A program made the translations under genes and the position numbers. The notes below the pieces were generated by a model. It had not been told where the DNA came from. It was given only the letters and a program-made list of their open reading frames with translations, and searched no databases. From contig JAKMXF010000003.1 of assembly GCA_024704765.1 (NCBI GenBank), positions 1 to 64,000 on the forward strand: DNA of 64,000 bases, read 5' to 3'. Shown here one piece after another: positions 40,954-54,900 of the stretch (positions are counted from its first letter, which is position 1; each line of letters begins with the position of its first letter). The stretch comes from Oopsacas minuta. Taxonomy: Eukaryota; Animalia; Porifera.

Positions 40954-42495
40954 TCACTTAATGACATCATGTACATGAGTTGTATGAACAGATTCGATCT
41001 TACTTGGAATATGAAATTTTGAATGGCTTATGACAGTTGTAACTGGATTGCGACACAATTTATTGAAAAGTGTCGTCCACGCATTCCTGGTCTCTTTGGT
41101 TGTTAGGATAACTAAAAGGAGAATCGACCAGACCCCAAGCCCCATGTCGCCGATGTAAGTGAAGATCGGGAGACTATACGCGGTGTAATCCATAGGGCAA
41201 GTGAGGTTAGAAACGTGGAAGAGATCAAAATTATTTTCTAAAGTTAAGCACGACCAAAATTCCTCTAAAGTGAATTGTAGGATTATGCTGTAGCGGACAT
41301 CGAACGATATTTCAAGGAAAACTACAAAGACTACCACTCCAAGAGAAATCGCGAAGATAATCAGACGAATTTCGAAGGACTTGAGTTGTATTTTCTGTCT
41401 ATCCGCCATGACTATTAATTTCTGTAACTGCAGTTTGTAAAGAGTCAAAGAAATGATTGTAAGTGACAAAGCAGTGAATATTAATAACGGAAATATAATG
41501 AAAACTAGAGCGGGTAGAGGTTCTACGATAAATGGAATCTGTGGTAGCCGAATAAACGTATATTCTTTGTAGAGCGCCAGATATATAATTGGGAATAGCG
41601 GGGGGATTCCGAAGGAAACGCCGCATTCGATGATAAATAATGTAATTTTATGTTTGCGGGACTGTAAAATCTGCCAGCTGGGGAAGTAGACAATTATGAA
41701 AACGTTAACAGTCGCGCAAAGGAACCAAATATTGAATGAAAAATATGAGATATGCGCTACTATCCCAATTATTGTCAAATATATCGCTGGTTCTTGAGAG
41801 ACGATCGCGTAATCTTCCAGACGCTGTTCACAGAAGAAGTAAAATGGCCCTGGCAAGGCAGCGGACATCAAGACCATACTGAAGATCACTGCGTTTATGA
41901 ACATGAATACATAATTGATCTGTGGGAAACGAAAGGTCCCAGGCACTCGAAGCAATATTATCAACCCAAAAACGGAGAAAAGGAAATCGACAACTGCAGC
42001 GATTATTGTGGTAACTCTGTAACCGATGTAATAACTGCTGCCTGACGGATGCCACAAGCCACAAATGGGCACACACATGGTGCAGTTAAACACATAATCG
42101 ATGGGACAGTTTATCGAGTAATTATTCGTGGTGTTTGTGCCATTTGTGACACATTTTGGTGGCAGATATTTAGGGTTACGAGCTAGGGAACTGTTAAGGA
42201 TAGCTACATTTGGACGCTGCAGGTTGTCGAGGGAAGGCCGAGAGAGGAACCCGACTACTAACGGGCCGATTAAACTAATCCAGATAACCGCAATAGTAAA
42301 TATTAATACCAACGTGTAAATTATCCGGAATGTCTTCCTATACCGGGATAATTTTGCCGTCTGTGTGTTAATCGCGTCGTGCGCATTCAACATGGATGCT
42401 CTGACTTTTGACAGACTTGTTTTTCTGTCTCGTGGCGTGACATTGTACTCTTTACCCTCTTGGATAGTGAAATCGTCTCTGATGTTATCTACCAT
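40954..42495 (-). CDS. Class F (Frizzled/Smoothened)-like 7TM receptor lacking a CRD, with an extra N-terminal TM segment; intronless
   Basis: CP..Y..C..C.PIC before TM1, FRFPQ after TM1 (cf. Frizzled FRYPE), a Cys pair in the last extracellular loop, and TKETRNAW after TM7 (cf. Smoothened/Frizzled T..W). Confidence 0.6.
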   Translation of the reverse strand: MVDNIRDDFTIQEGKEYNVTPRDRKTSLSKVRASMLNAHDAINTQTAKLSRYRKTFRIIYTLVLIFTIAVIWISLIGPLVVGFLSRPSLDNLQRPNVAILNSSLARNPKYLPPKCVTNGTNTTNNYSINCPIDYVFNCTMCVPICGLWHPSGSSYYIGYRVTTIIAAVVDFLFSVFGLIILLRVPGTFRFPQINYVFMFINAVIFSMVLMSAALPGPFYFFCEQRLEDYAIVSQEPAIYLTIIGIVAHISYFSFNIWFLCATVNVFIIVYFPSWQILQSRKHKITLFIIECGVSFGIPPLFPIIYLALYKEYTFIRLPQIPFIVEPLPALVFIIFPLLIFTALSLTIISLTLYKLQLQKLIVMADRQKIQLKSFEIRLIIFAISLGVVVFVVFLEISFDVRYSIILQFTLEEFWSCLTLENNFDLFHVSNLTCPMDYTAYSLPIFTYIGDMGLGVWSILLLVILTTKETRNAWTTLFNKLCRNPVTTVISHSKFHIPSKIESVHTTHVHDVIK

Positions 42496-42825
42496 TTTGA
42501 GTTGGGAATATAGATTAGATAAGATACGACTATTTATTTAATAACTCCCTCAGTATTTGAAGATATCAATTTCAATATTTGAAATAATGTCAGGGACGAT
42601 TTGCAAGGTGTGAACGTTTGTTTACCCGCGTTTTCTATTTGAACTAACTGTCTGATTGGTGTGAAAATTGGTTCAAGGATACCTTATGGGATGTAGATAT
42701 GCATAAATATCTGTTATGAAAATTTTACACCTTTTTGGGGATCTTGTTCAATCCTTTTATGGTTGCAATTATTTTTTATGGATATCATATTTTCACACCT
42801 TTGGAAGGATTACAAATTCACCCAA

Positions 42826-42828
<3 letters not shown>

Positions 42829-42873
<45 letters not shown>
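42829..42873. repeat. (CAA)n microsatellite downstream of the cadherin gene
   Basis: Direct reading. Confidence 0.95.
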
Positions 42874-42874
<1 letters not shown>

Positions 42875-42942
42875 AAAACAACAATAAAACATTAAAATAT
42901 AATAATAGCAATAAAAACATGTAACTAAAAATCCGAAAAAAA

Positions 42943-45900
42943 TTACTTATCAAATTCTGGATAAATAACTTTGCAAAGTTTTCTAAACGGTGAACCTAAT
43001 TCGTTCAAAGTTTCTACTGGAACTTCGCTAATATTAAATTCAGAATCTCGACTGAAGGAAACCGTAAGGGTTTCCTCGCCCTCTGAGTCGCTGTAACGCC
43101 TTTTGGAGTCGTCGTCGCATAAATATGCTTCTCGTCTTAAAATCACACTTCGAAATAAATGCTCATCAAATTTGGAAGTTTCTGCTATTTCATCTGAAAG
43201 TATTGAAGGCTCTATTGGCATCTTGGTTCCAGTTATAGTTCCAGTTTGTCCCTCACCCCCTCCTTCAAATTGGTACCTACGTATTTCCGGCATGAAGTTC
43301 TCTCTATTTTCGTAAACCTGAACTGAATAACGTTTTTCCTTTTCATAGTGTCGATGTGTGAAGAATGTAATAATTAGGATGACTGTTAAAATTGTGGCAA
43401 TAATTATTAACGTAATTGCAACTATTATGACAATTAGTGTCACTATAGTGGTTGGTTCCGATTCGACACAAACTTCTTGAAAGGTGCCATCCAAACATTC
43501 ACAAATGTAACCCTTCTCTTGTGTGAAAAGTGGCACACAAGTTCCAAAACCACATATAGAATTATCACACGCAACTTGACAACTAGGCCCGAGATCGGAA
43601 TGCGGATTTGTTTGGTAGGTGACCAATTGGAATGCAGGGTTTGTTTCCTGCAGCTGGTATTCATTCAGCCGGATATCCTGTATACACCCTTGTAAGCCCA
43701 AATCCATGGAACTTAGAAAAATTGTTGAAAATGGCGAATTAAGCGCGAAAATAGAATTTAGTTCCAGTTTAGCCAAGTCATCGTTCAAGTATAAAGTCAA
43801 AATATTTCTCTCAATTTGGAACTTAATGTGGAACCAAGTATTAGAGGTGTTTCCGATTGGAATTGAGGCAGAATTTGTGTCGGTTATTAATTCCAAATGA
43901 GTAGGTGTTAGTTCCAACTTCAGGAAATGTGAAGAATCAGTTATATGGAGTATAGTTCCATATTCTAAAGTTGGCAACACCGCAATTGAAAAGGAATTTA
44001 GTACCAAATTAAGCGCATTTAAATCCCGCCTAATTCTATTTTTAGCTTCTATCTGTAGATAATCCCCGCTTTGTAAAGTAATTGATTGGACAATTTCATC
44101 ACAATTGGCGCCTGAATATCCTTGGTCACATATGCACCCCGCTCCATCAGCTGTTTCAACACATGAAGATCGAGGCGGGCAAATGATTGGTTGACAAGGT
44201 GTTAGAATTGTGTCGGGACAAGTTTCAAGTGTTTTGAAGTGATATCCATCCGATAAATCTATTTGTTGTTTGTTAATGTAAAAATCTCGTAAACAACCAG
44301 TGAAGTTCTGTGCTATTTTTAGACTGGGGTCATAAGGAATTCCTCCTAGCAACAGAGAAAGTATGCCGTCAAGAGAATGGTATGCAGAATCGATTTCGAG
44401 TTCACAAGTCTTGGTGCATTGGTCGACACAAATAGAAATGGAACTGATGGAATAAGCGATGGAAATATTGTGCCATATTGTGTCGCTAAGTGACGTATGG
44501 TGGCAGTCGCTTAATACATAATTAACACCTCCAAATGATATTGTGAATCGGATAATTGAGTGTGAAATGTCAACAATAATAAAATCTTTGTAAACAAAAT
44601 TCCGGAAATTTGTTGCGAATAATATCAACCCATTATTTGAGGCGGTAGAAATTTTGAAATCAATGACTGCATTCTGATTTGGCAAAATACTACCTGGAAA
44701 GCTGATAAATGATTGGCCATTGAAACTGGTGGAGCGCAACAGTTCACATTTGGCGCCCCAAAATTTAGGCGGGCAATCACACTCAAAAGCGTTCATTTCA
44801 TCATTTCGACAATTACCACCATTTTCACATTCCGTGTTATCACATGACAACCTTGTGCCACAATTAACACCTATAAAACCACTTGGACAGTGGCACTCAA
44901 ATCCACCTAACACCTCACTACAATTTTGACCCGGCTGACAACTTGTTTCGCTGCAGAATACAATTAAATTGTCGCAATTTGGCCCATTTGTGCCACTTGG
45001 ACATTCAATAGTGCAATCCTCACCTGAATAACCATCTTCACAGACACATCTCTGCCCGCCAAATCCATCAAAACACGCGCCAAAACCACATGAAATATTC
45101 TCACAATCGTTAATATTATTTTCACAATAAACGCCAGTCACACCGTAAATACATTCACATATAATTTCAGTTCCAATTTCGACACATTTTCCTTCGTGTT
45201 GGCAAGGGTTTGAACCACATGGGCTACTTGGAGGTGTTGGTGACTGGCATAAAATTCCACTGAATCCTTCCGGACAAGTACATGTGTATTTGTTGAAACC
45301 GGAAGTACAATTGGCGCCATTTTGACAATCATTAGAAATACAGAAATCTGTCGGGAAAACCGGGAATTCGCAATTCTCACCTGCGAATCTGATTGGACAA
45401 GAGCATGTATATGCATATCCATCTTCAGAGCAAATGCCACCATTTTGGCATTGTGAAACATCACAAGGTGACAAGAATATTTCACATTTCGGGCCACTTG
45501 TGCCACTAGGACATTCACAGACATAATCGCCATAAAAACCACTCAAACACTCACCACCATTTTGACACGGTTTCAATTCGCATTCATCCATAGGATAACA
45601 ACAATCTGGACCAGAATACCCCTGCGGACAAATACAAGAGTACTCATGAGACATGGGAACACATTGACCCCCATATTGGCAAGGGTTCGAATCACATGGG
45701 GTAACTGTGTTGGACGCATTGGTACATGTTGGGCCAATGAACCCGTCGACACAACTACAAGTATGTCCCGTTGTCGAAGCTGTGCAACTTGAATTATTTT
45801 CACACTCAATTGCGACACATAAATCCACCATTTTCGTGAGAGAATACTGACAGGTGTCGCCGTAAAATCCTTCGACACAATCACACTCAAAATGTGTAAT

Positions 45901-48900
45901 TTTCTCGACACAATTTCCTGAATTGTGGCAGGGATTAGTAGCGCAAAAATCAATCGAATTCTCACAAAATGTCCCAGAAACACCCATTGGGCATTTGCAA
46001 TAAAAATCTTGCAAAAGGTCGACACAATTCCCGCCATTTTGGCAGACAACATTCAGACAGTCATCAATATTTGTGTCACAATTTTTCCCAACACTCCCTG
46101 GTGCGCAAATGCAATCATAGGAATGTGAAATTTCCTGTGAAAGGAAACTAACCAGGTCAGAAGTAACGAAATTGATTGGTCCAATTGAGAGGCTGTTGTT
46201 GCATAGGCCTTGGGTTAAACACGGCTCGGACTCGCAAGGTTCGTTAAGAATGGATTCTACTTGGAAACCAATTTCTGCAAAGGAATTTCTTGTATTATAA
46301 ATATAATCGAGCGCGGTTGAAACATCATTACTGTAGAAATGAATTTGACCGCCATCAAGATGTTCTTCAATTGAATATAAGATAATATTAGGCGGGAAAA
46401 ATGTGTGGAAAATGGAAATATTTTGTAAAATGGCGCTGAGAGGATTGGCGAATAATATGCTGAAAACATTTTCAGTTTTCAAATATTGGAAATTATGGAC
46501 ATCAATTGTGATATGATTGGGCACTCGATCATGTGTGCCATCTCTGCCACTTACTTCTACAAAATATAGCCCGCTATCGACCTCGTTAATTAGTATCGTG
46601 CAATTGTAAAATATCTCAAATTCCAATGAACCATTTTCGTAACTACAATCTCTGAATTGATCATTCGAGTCAGGATCATCAAATGTTATTGGAACTAAAG
46701 CTAATTTAGGTTCCAAAATGCGAATGAAAATCGTTGAAAATGTTTCAAGTGATGGATTATCGTTTACATCTACAACAGAGATAACAACATATGTATAACC
46801 AAACATTCCATTCTCACTCTCTGTTTCTATGGTGATGTTATATAGAGATCGGATTTCATAATCTAGTCTGATCAGAAGTGACAAACTACCATTATAGGTG
46901 TCAATAGAAAAAGTGTTGAAATTGTGCTCAATTTTATAAGTCACTGAGATTTCATTCAAAACTTGTATTTGTAAAAAATTCAAAAATATTTGTTCTTCTT
47001 CAAGTTCGATTGTGTAAAAGTTTTGAGGGAAAATTATAGAATTTTTGGGAGAATTTTCGATCGAGATTTGTATCAAAATAAAACTTGATAGTTTCGGGTA
47101 TCCAGAATCAAATACCGTTACGTTTACATAGATTTCAGTTACTTTAATTGGAACTATATTAAGGGTGATAGTTCCAGTAGAAATATCGATTCTAAAATTA
47201 GTATCATTAATGAAAAATGTTACAATATCTCCTTCGGGGTCTTGAGCAGAAATTTGGCCGATTTCAGCGCCTATTTCTGAGCCTATTAACACTATAAATT
47301 GATTGGTAGAACTGGTGAAGAGAGGCGGGTTTCTGTTTGTAGGTAAAACAGTGATTGAAAAGTTTCCAATTTGGTGAAAATTTTGCGAAAAATCACTCAA
47401 ATTTAATTCCAAAAAATACGAATTTTCTGACAAATTCCCGATTAAAATTACTTCATTTTCTGATATAATAAATGGTAAATTATGTGTCAAAAGTTGTATA
47501 TGAAAAACAGGAGTGTCGTCATCGTCTAAAACTTTAATTTTTGTTACGACAGAATTATTTTTCACGTCATCATAAATTCGACTGTACATATTTGTGCATA
47601 TAAACGCTGGAAAATGATCGTTCACATCTTCGATGAATATTCGAATGGTTGTTTGTGCGAAAAGTGGCGGCGTGCCACTATCATTTGCTCTCAGAACTAA
47701 CACATACATAGTTCTTGTTTCATAATCAAATATTTGTTGTGTGTATACTTCCCCAGTTAACATATCCACAACAAATGCATTGTTCTCGTCTTGAAGAAGT
47801 TCATATTTTAAAGTTGAATTTTCGCCTCGATCTGTATCTAGTGCGGGGAAATAATCAACGAAACTACTAATAGGCCTATTTTCTGCGATAAAAGTTTCGT
47901 AGAAAGCTTTAGAGAAAATTGGCGGTTCATTTATATCAGAAATATTCGCGCGAATTATCGCTTTTCCAAGATTATTATTCGAATCTCTTGCGAAACAAAA
48001 GAATTCAAAATATTCGAATTCCTCACGGTCAATTTCTGAAATTGTCCTCAAGTCTCCTGTCGTGTTGTTAAGAGCGAAAAAAAGAGCCGCAGTAGATTGA
48101 TCAGAAATTTCATAATCTATAAATCCATTTTCTGGAAGATCAACATCACTAGCTTTTACATTAGCAACCGACGTGCCAATAGGTATTGATTCGGGAATGT
48201 TGATCTCATAAATAGGTTGGGAAAAGATTGGTATCGAATCATCGATGTCTACTATTAGTATATGAACCTTATGCAGTGAGAAATGTGTATTATCAAAAAC
48301 TTTGAGCGTTAAAAAGTATTCAGGTTGTGTTTCGAAATCTAAAATCTGTACTAAATTTAAATGTCCATTCCCCGCGTTTATTGAGAACACATCTCCAATA
48401 TTCCCCTCTGTTATCGAATATTCTAAATTATCAAAACTGATTTCATCTTTGTCAATCGCTTGAAAAGTCCCTACACTTCTCGGAGGCACTGTGTTTTCTA
48501 ATAATGAGATACTGCTTGGCAAATTCTCATCAAAAATTGGTGTATTGTCGTTCAAGTCGTTGATATTAATCGCAACTGAAACTACAGTTGAAAGACTACA
48601 TTCCATACCACATAGGTCCCTAGCAACCACTAAAAATGCGAAAATATTCTTACTTTGTGGGTCTTCATAATCAAATACCTTTTGACTCTTGATGTTGATG
48701 GAACCATTGCGCTGTATTACAAACGGAATATCAAGAGTAGTATCATACAAGGAATATTCGATGTCTCCATTTTCGCCAGAGTCTTTGTCAGTGGCGCTCA
48801 ATCGACCTATATAGGAACGATTTGTAGGCCCCTCATCCAAATAAAAATTCAAAATGGGTGAAGTGAATTTTGGGTAATTATCATTTACATCTAGAACGTA

Positions 48901-51900
48901 AACAACCACAAGTGCGTAACTCGAAGTCTCAAAATTACTGGCTTGAACTAGGAAACTGAATTTAAAAGGTCCTGGTCGAAGAATCTCATAATCCAGATGA
49001 AGGCCAAGGAATATTTCACCCGTGATCCCTTTTATTTGGAAAGTCCCTTCAGAGTTAGCTCTCAAACTCGACCCCCGGCGTACCGAATATATTATCTGTG
49101 TGTTATCGGCAGTCTTCGACGCGTTAACTTGTAAAAATCCTTCATTCAATTGTTGATCCTCTCTCACTGTTACTTCGTATAGACTTTGATCGAAAAAGGG
49201 GCGAGGGGGGAGATCCTGTTGGACAATAATATGCACCATGACCTCGGTTTCCATATAAGGAGATCCATTATCAATAGCTAGTGCGATGAAAGTATAATTA
49301 CCAGATGGAATGGACCCGGTTGATATAATTGTACCTTTTGAATTGTCGATTATGAAAAGATTCGTGTTTGTAATTCTGTAACTGACGAGACCGTTGTTAC
49401 CTTGGTCAGGGTCGAAGGCGAAAACGTTCAAGACATTTGTCGTGTCAATAATCTGTTTATAAGTTATTTCGTAAACATCACGGTCAAATATTGGCGCGTT
49501 ATCGTTTTGGTCTAAGATGGTTATTGTCAAACTACAGAAGTCCTCTTGTCCTCCTCCGTCCACAACTATGACATCGATAATTATCTCAGAATTGAATTCT
49601 GCATCTATCAAAGTTTTCACGCCTTCGACTGACATATTTCCGTTATAGTTCAAAGTCACAATTCCTGAATTGCTGTCTATTGTAAAGACATCCTCTAAAA
49701 CGCCAATTTTCTCACTTAGCACGTGGAAATTTGTCAAAATTGAGAAATACAATTCGCCGTTCAAACCGATATCTTCATCAACAGCTGTGATCTGTGCAAC
49801 ATATGTACCATTTGGCGCGTTCTCCATCAAAACACCCTCGCAAGTAGATTGTTCAATTTTGGGTGTATTTTCATTGACATTGCCAACTAAAATATAAATA
49901 GGCACAAATATGGAATGTTTCCCGTCGGTGATGGTAACGTTCAATTGGTATGTACCTCTCACAGGTGATCGAATTATAGAAAGAATTCCAACTTGGTTAG
50001 CAACGAGAATATCAAAATATGTAAAGCCATTTTTGATTGTGAATGAGAGAGAATTTAAGTTGTCTTCATCGCTAGCTGCGATTGACAATATTTCTGAGTT
50101 TTCAGTGGCATTTTGTGGCAGGATAATGACGTTGGTTCCAATTGCAACTATAGGGATATTATCGTTTATATTCACAATATTTACATGCACAAAACTGGAA
50201 CTAATTTGCATAGGTTGTCCTCTGTCTGATGCGACAATCTCGAATTCGAAAAATTGAATTTCTTCAAAATCAAATTCGATTTTTGCTATTAAATCCTTTC
50301 CAAATATTTCGAAATATTTTCCATAAAATTCTTCAGTAAAATTTAGAAATATTTCTCCGTTTAATCCGCTATCCAAATCCATAACGTTTAGCATCAAAAT
50401 GACGTCACCAATTTCATTATTTTCGTCAACAAAAATCTCATAAATTTGTTGATCAAAATACGGACTGTTGTCATTCACATCAACAACATAAACAAACAAC
50501 AAACAAGTTGTTGTGGAATTGCCATCATTAGCTGATATTGAAATATTATAAAACTGAGATAACTCATAATCTGGCGCTTCAAGTAGATAAATATTCTGAT
50601 CTTCGAGACGTAGATTTAACTCGGATGGATTGGATTGTATTTCATACTCAATCGAAGAGGCGCTAAACGCCCGGATATGCATCAAAGGAATTTCAAAATC
50701 TACAAAACTTTCTTTCACTTCGATTTCGTAAACTTTGTGTTCGAAAATAGGCAAATCATCCGGTATATCAGTATATACAGTGATGGAAAGTATAACCGTA
50801 GTTGCTAGTGATGGCGTCCCGTTGTCAAAAGCTGTTATAACAATTGAATAACTGCTCAGAAAATTATCAGCGTCATTCACAAATGAGAGTTGACCCGTTT
50901 CAGATACCTGGAAAATGTTCTCGACAGACGAGCGGTCAATTTGGAAAGATATCATCCCATTTGATCCCGAGTCGAAATCAATGACAACAAACTCGTAAAC
51001 AATGGTTGGTAAATTAGAAGTAAATATGTGCGCAAAATATGGCGCCTGACCAGCAAAAGTTGGATAATTGTCATTTATATCTGTCACATTTATGAAGAAA
51101 TCAAATGAAATAGTTTTTTGTAGAAAATTAGAAAAGGCTTTTAGAGTTAAATTATAAATTTTCCTTCTTTCATAATCCAGATTCGATTTTAAGGATATAT
51201 GACCAGAAGAGTTTACTTTAAATTCTGTAAGAAAGGTGTCAAAATAGTAGTCTATTTCTAATGGAACTGATCGTAGTTCCAGTTTATAAATGAAGGTATT
51301 TATCTCCGTGTTTTCCGGTAAACATGTTTTAAAAGTTTCTGAAATAAATTCGAATATAAAATCCACATTTATGAGAACTTGTAAAATATCAGTTGACAAT
51401 CTCAAATTCGCTTCTATAATTAGCGTATATTCAAATTGGAACTGAGTGCTAGGTGTTATAACTGGGTATATATACCCATCAGTATCAATATAAAAATCTT
51501 CACTTGGAGAAATATGTATAATCGATAAACTGACACCATCAAATGGTCCCATGGGTCGCACTTGAAAGAGTGAACCCATATCGGGGAGAGTAATATTATA
51601 ACTTTCAATTTCATTTTCAAATTTGATTTCTATAGCTGGCAAAATATTCACATATAAAGTGAATTCTCCAAAAAGCCCATCAACATCAGTAGCACGTATT
51701 GTCATGTTAATATACCGGAACTGAAAGTCAGTTAGGTTCCATATAAGTGTTAGAAATGTTGAGTTAATAGAAAATATATATGTAATATTCTCAGTGTATT
51801 TTTCTATGGAATATTCTAATACTGTTTGATCGGGATCAAAAGCTTGTTGGATTTGGTATTGAGAGCCAATTGATGCATTTGTGTAGATAAAAATAGTATC

Positions 51901-54900
51901 AAATTGGGCGGGGAATTCGGGTGGATGTTGTAAATCTAAAATATTTATTTGTAAAATTTTTGTGTCAAAAATCGATAATTCTTTTGAATAAACAAATATT
52001 ATTGTTTGTATTTTGTCTGTTTGTGTATCTGCAATTGATAAATAGCCGGAATCGTTAACAAATAAACTGTTTGGGGGTGTTGTAAACAATAGTAAATACT
52101 GATATTCCCTAGCTACCAACGGTGTCAATTGGAATTCCTTAGTTATAAGAGGGTCCAGTGAAATATTCATATAATTTTCTTGAAAGAAGATTGAATGGTT
52201 GAATTGCTCGTATATTTGTATACAAACCCTCAATTCTGATTGGGCACCGAAATCATCTGTTACTATGGCATTTGTCACATATTTTCCTTCAACTTGCGTT
52301 GCTATGATAAACATAGTTCCATATTCAGTTATGTTAACGAAAGGACTGGAAAGCGAGAAATATAATTGGTCAAATAGCCCATCTAAATCGTATGATGTTA
52401 ATTGAAATATTTGTGAAGGAATTGGTTGTGAAGATGGAATTAATAAATCCAGGAATTGATGTGAAAATATGGGCGCAGAAAAGTTGGAAGGTGTGATGTA
52501 AAGTTGTATAAATGCGTAGTTACAGGATGAAGTATTTGGAATGCATGCTTTAGCGATGAGCACTAGATGTTGGAGTTTATGTAGAAAGCCATTTGTAAAC
52601 AAATCACCATTATTTTGTAAACAAAAATACGGAACATAAATGGAAGAATTTTGCAACAAAAATAATTCGTAAAAAGTTGGTTGCGTTTCGATGTGGCCAA
52701 TGAAAAGACGGGAATTTGAGCGCTGGAATGTGAAAAAATAGGTTCCATTTGTGAAAATATTCACATTTGAGATATTAATGAAAACCTCGAAATTAATCTC
52801 TAAGCAAAAATATTTTTGCTCAACAGTAAACTGGTACCAACTTTCTTCCAATATGGAACTAACAAATATCTCACCTGTTATGCTGTCGAGATGAAATGGC
52901 ACATTTTGAGGTGCAATAATATATGTACATGGCTCAGTTGTTTGGTTCCACAAACGACCGATTTTGGTGCCAATTCGTGTCCCGCTGTTTATATTGATAT
53001 AAATTTGGGTGTCAACTGTTTGACCAATGAAATCAATGCTTATGATAGAAAATATGGTATTCATTGACTCATGGAGGACATGAATTGATTGGTTGATGGA
53101 AGAGTAGGCCTTGATGCCGCCGGTATAAATAAGAGATCCGTTTGCCGAGATTTTTAGTTGAGTCGAATTCAATACATATTCACCTGTTGGTAACCTTGGT
53201 AACTTGAAAATATGTGCATTATGCTGTACACAATTGGGTAGTTTGATATGATGAAAATATGGTAGATTGTGTAGAGAGATAATTGAGGAATTTGTGAAAA
53301 TAATTCTGATGTTGTGAGCAGTTTTAGAAATCAAAAGTGATTGATTATAAACTTCAACTTGAAGTGAAAGCGTTTGATTTAGTTGTGCAAAAGGTGTTGA
53401 ATTTTTGAGAAGAATTTTCGCGTTTGAAATTGTAAAAAATCGATTTTCTCCCAATATTTTGAGAGTAGCATTCGTTTCATTAAGGCTGAACTCGAAAATT
53501 GTCTCATTAGAAATCTTTGGCAAATTTACAAAAATCTCCTTTGGAATCATAAAATATAGATGCTGCAATTTGGAACTGAAAGTAACATCAATAGAAACCG
53601 ATTGAGTGAGATTGCTATTCTTCAAACTAACAGCCAAAACTTCGAAAATATAATGAGATATATTGCCAATTGGGCGGGAATAATATATTCTACGATGGTG
53701 ATTATCCAGTACGAATGGAATTAGAGTTCTATTCAATATTTCATATCTGAAATCACCAAATTCTGACGCGAAAGTATAAATAGAAGAATTGACCGCCAAA
53801 TAAGGAAATTTCAATGAAATATTTGTAACTTCAAACGCAGAAATTATTTCAATTCGAATTGGAATTATTTCAAAAGGAATTGAGTAGATCATATTCGTAG
53901 AAATCACTTCAAATTCATACTCACCTGCAGCTGCGTATTTTGAAACTTTTAGTAACGAATCTTCAATAAAAATCGGGAAATTTGGGCAGAAAAACCCTAA
54001 AATTTCAAAAACATCAAATTTTGAAAAAGTGTCAAATTCAAGTAAAACCATCTCGACCAAAGGTGTTAAAATGGTTAATTCAATTTGGGGGCGTATCAGG
54101 GGGTACATAAAGGGGTTGGGACTCTCCTTTACTTCTTCGAAAGTGATTTCCAATCCAGAATTATGCATACCCTGAGATATAGCATATGCAGTTAATCCCT
54201 CAAGCTGTGTGTAGTTCGAACATTTTAATATGTTGTCCGATTCGATTTGACAATTTTGATAATTCGAAAGTTGTAATTCATAATTCCCATTTATTTGTTG
54301 AGATATTCCATCAAAATAAACAGATAATTCGTAAATAATATCACAAAAAGGAGAATATTTGAGTATAACTGAATTCTGAAAGAAAGATGGCGTCCGAATG
54401 GAACATCTTGAAAATCGAACTACCAATAAAGTTTCGGAAAACAAAGATTTATCAAAAAAATCAAATGCGAATAATTGAAAAAATTGTGAAAAATCTTCAT
54501 TTATAATCGAGCTATTTATAGCTGTCAATACAAACCCATGTTCTAATTCTAAGCTAATTGATTGGTTGGAAATTTGTTCTATTTTTAGCTCAGGTATATA
54601 ATTAGTGACGTCATAATCCCGTACTGGAGTGAAGGCTAGAAATTGATTGGTTGAAATATCAGTACAAAATATGCATTCATAAAATGGAAGTGAGAAAACT
54701 GGCGCGAATTCCGATACGTCAATTACGTTGATAAGGAAATTGGCGGAGGAAATTGATTGGATAATTGTGACAGAAATATTAGTTATAAACCGAACTTCTA
54801 TGGTAACCAAGATAGTTGAATGGAATTCGCAGTCAAATTCAGATCTCAAAGATATTTCACCGGTTTTGGCATCTAAATCGAGGTAATATGCAGCGATATT

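Noticed and set aside
43103-53605. Numerous short ORFs on both strands within the cadherin gene (and similar ones within the adhesion GPCR, RINT1 and calpain)
   Set aside because: Antisense or off-frame shadows of long coding sequences with no independent motifs.
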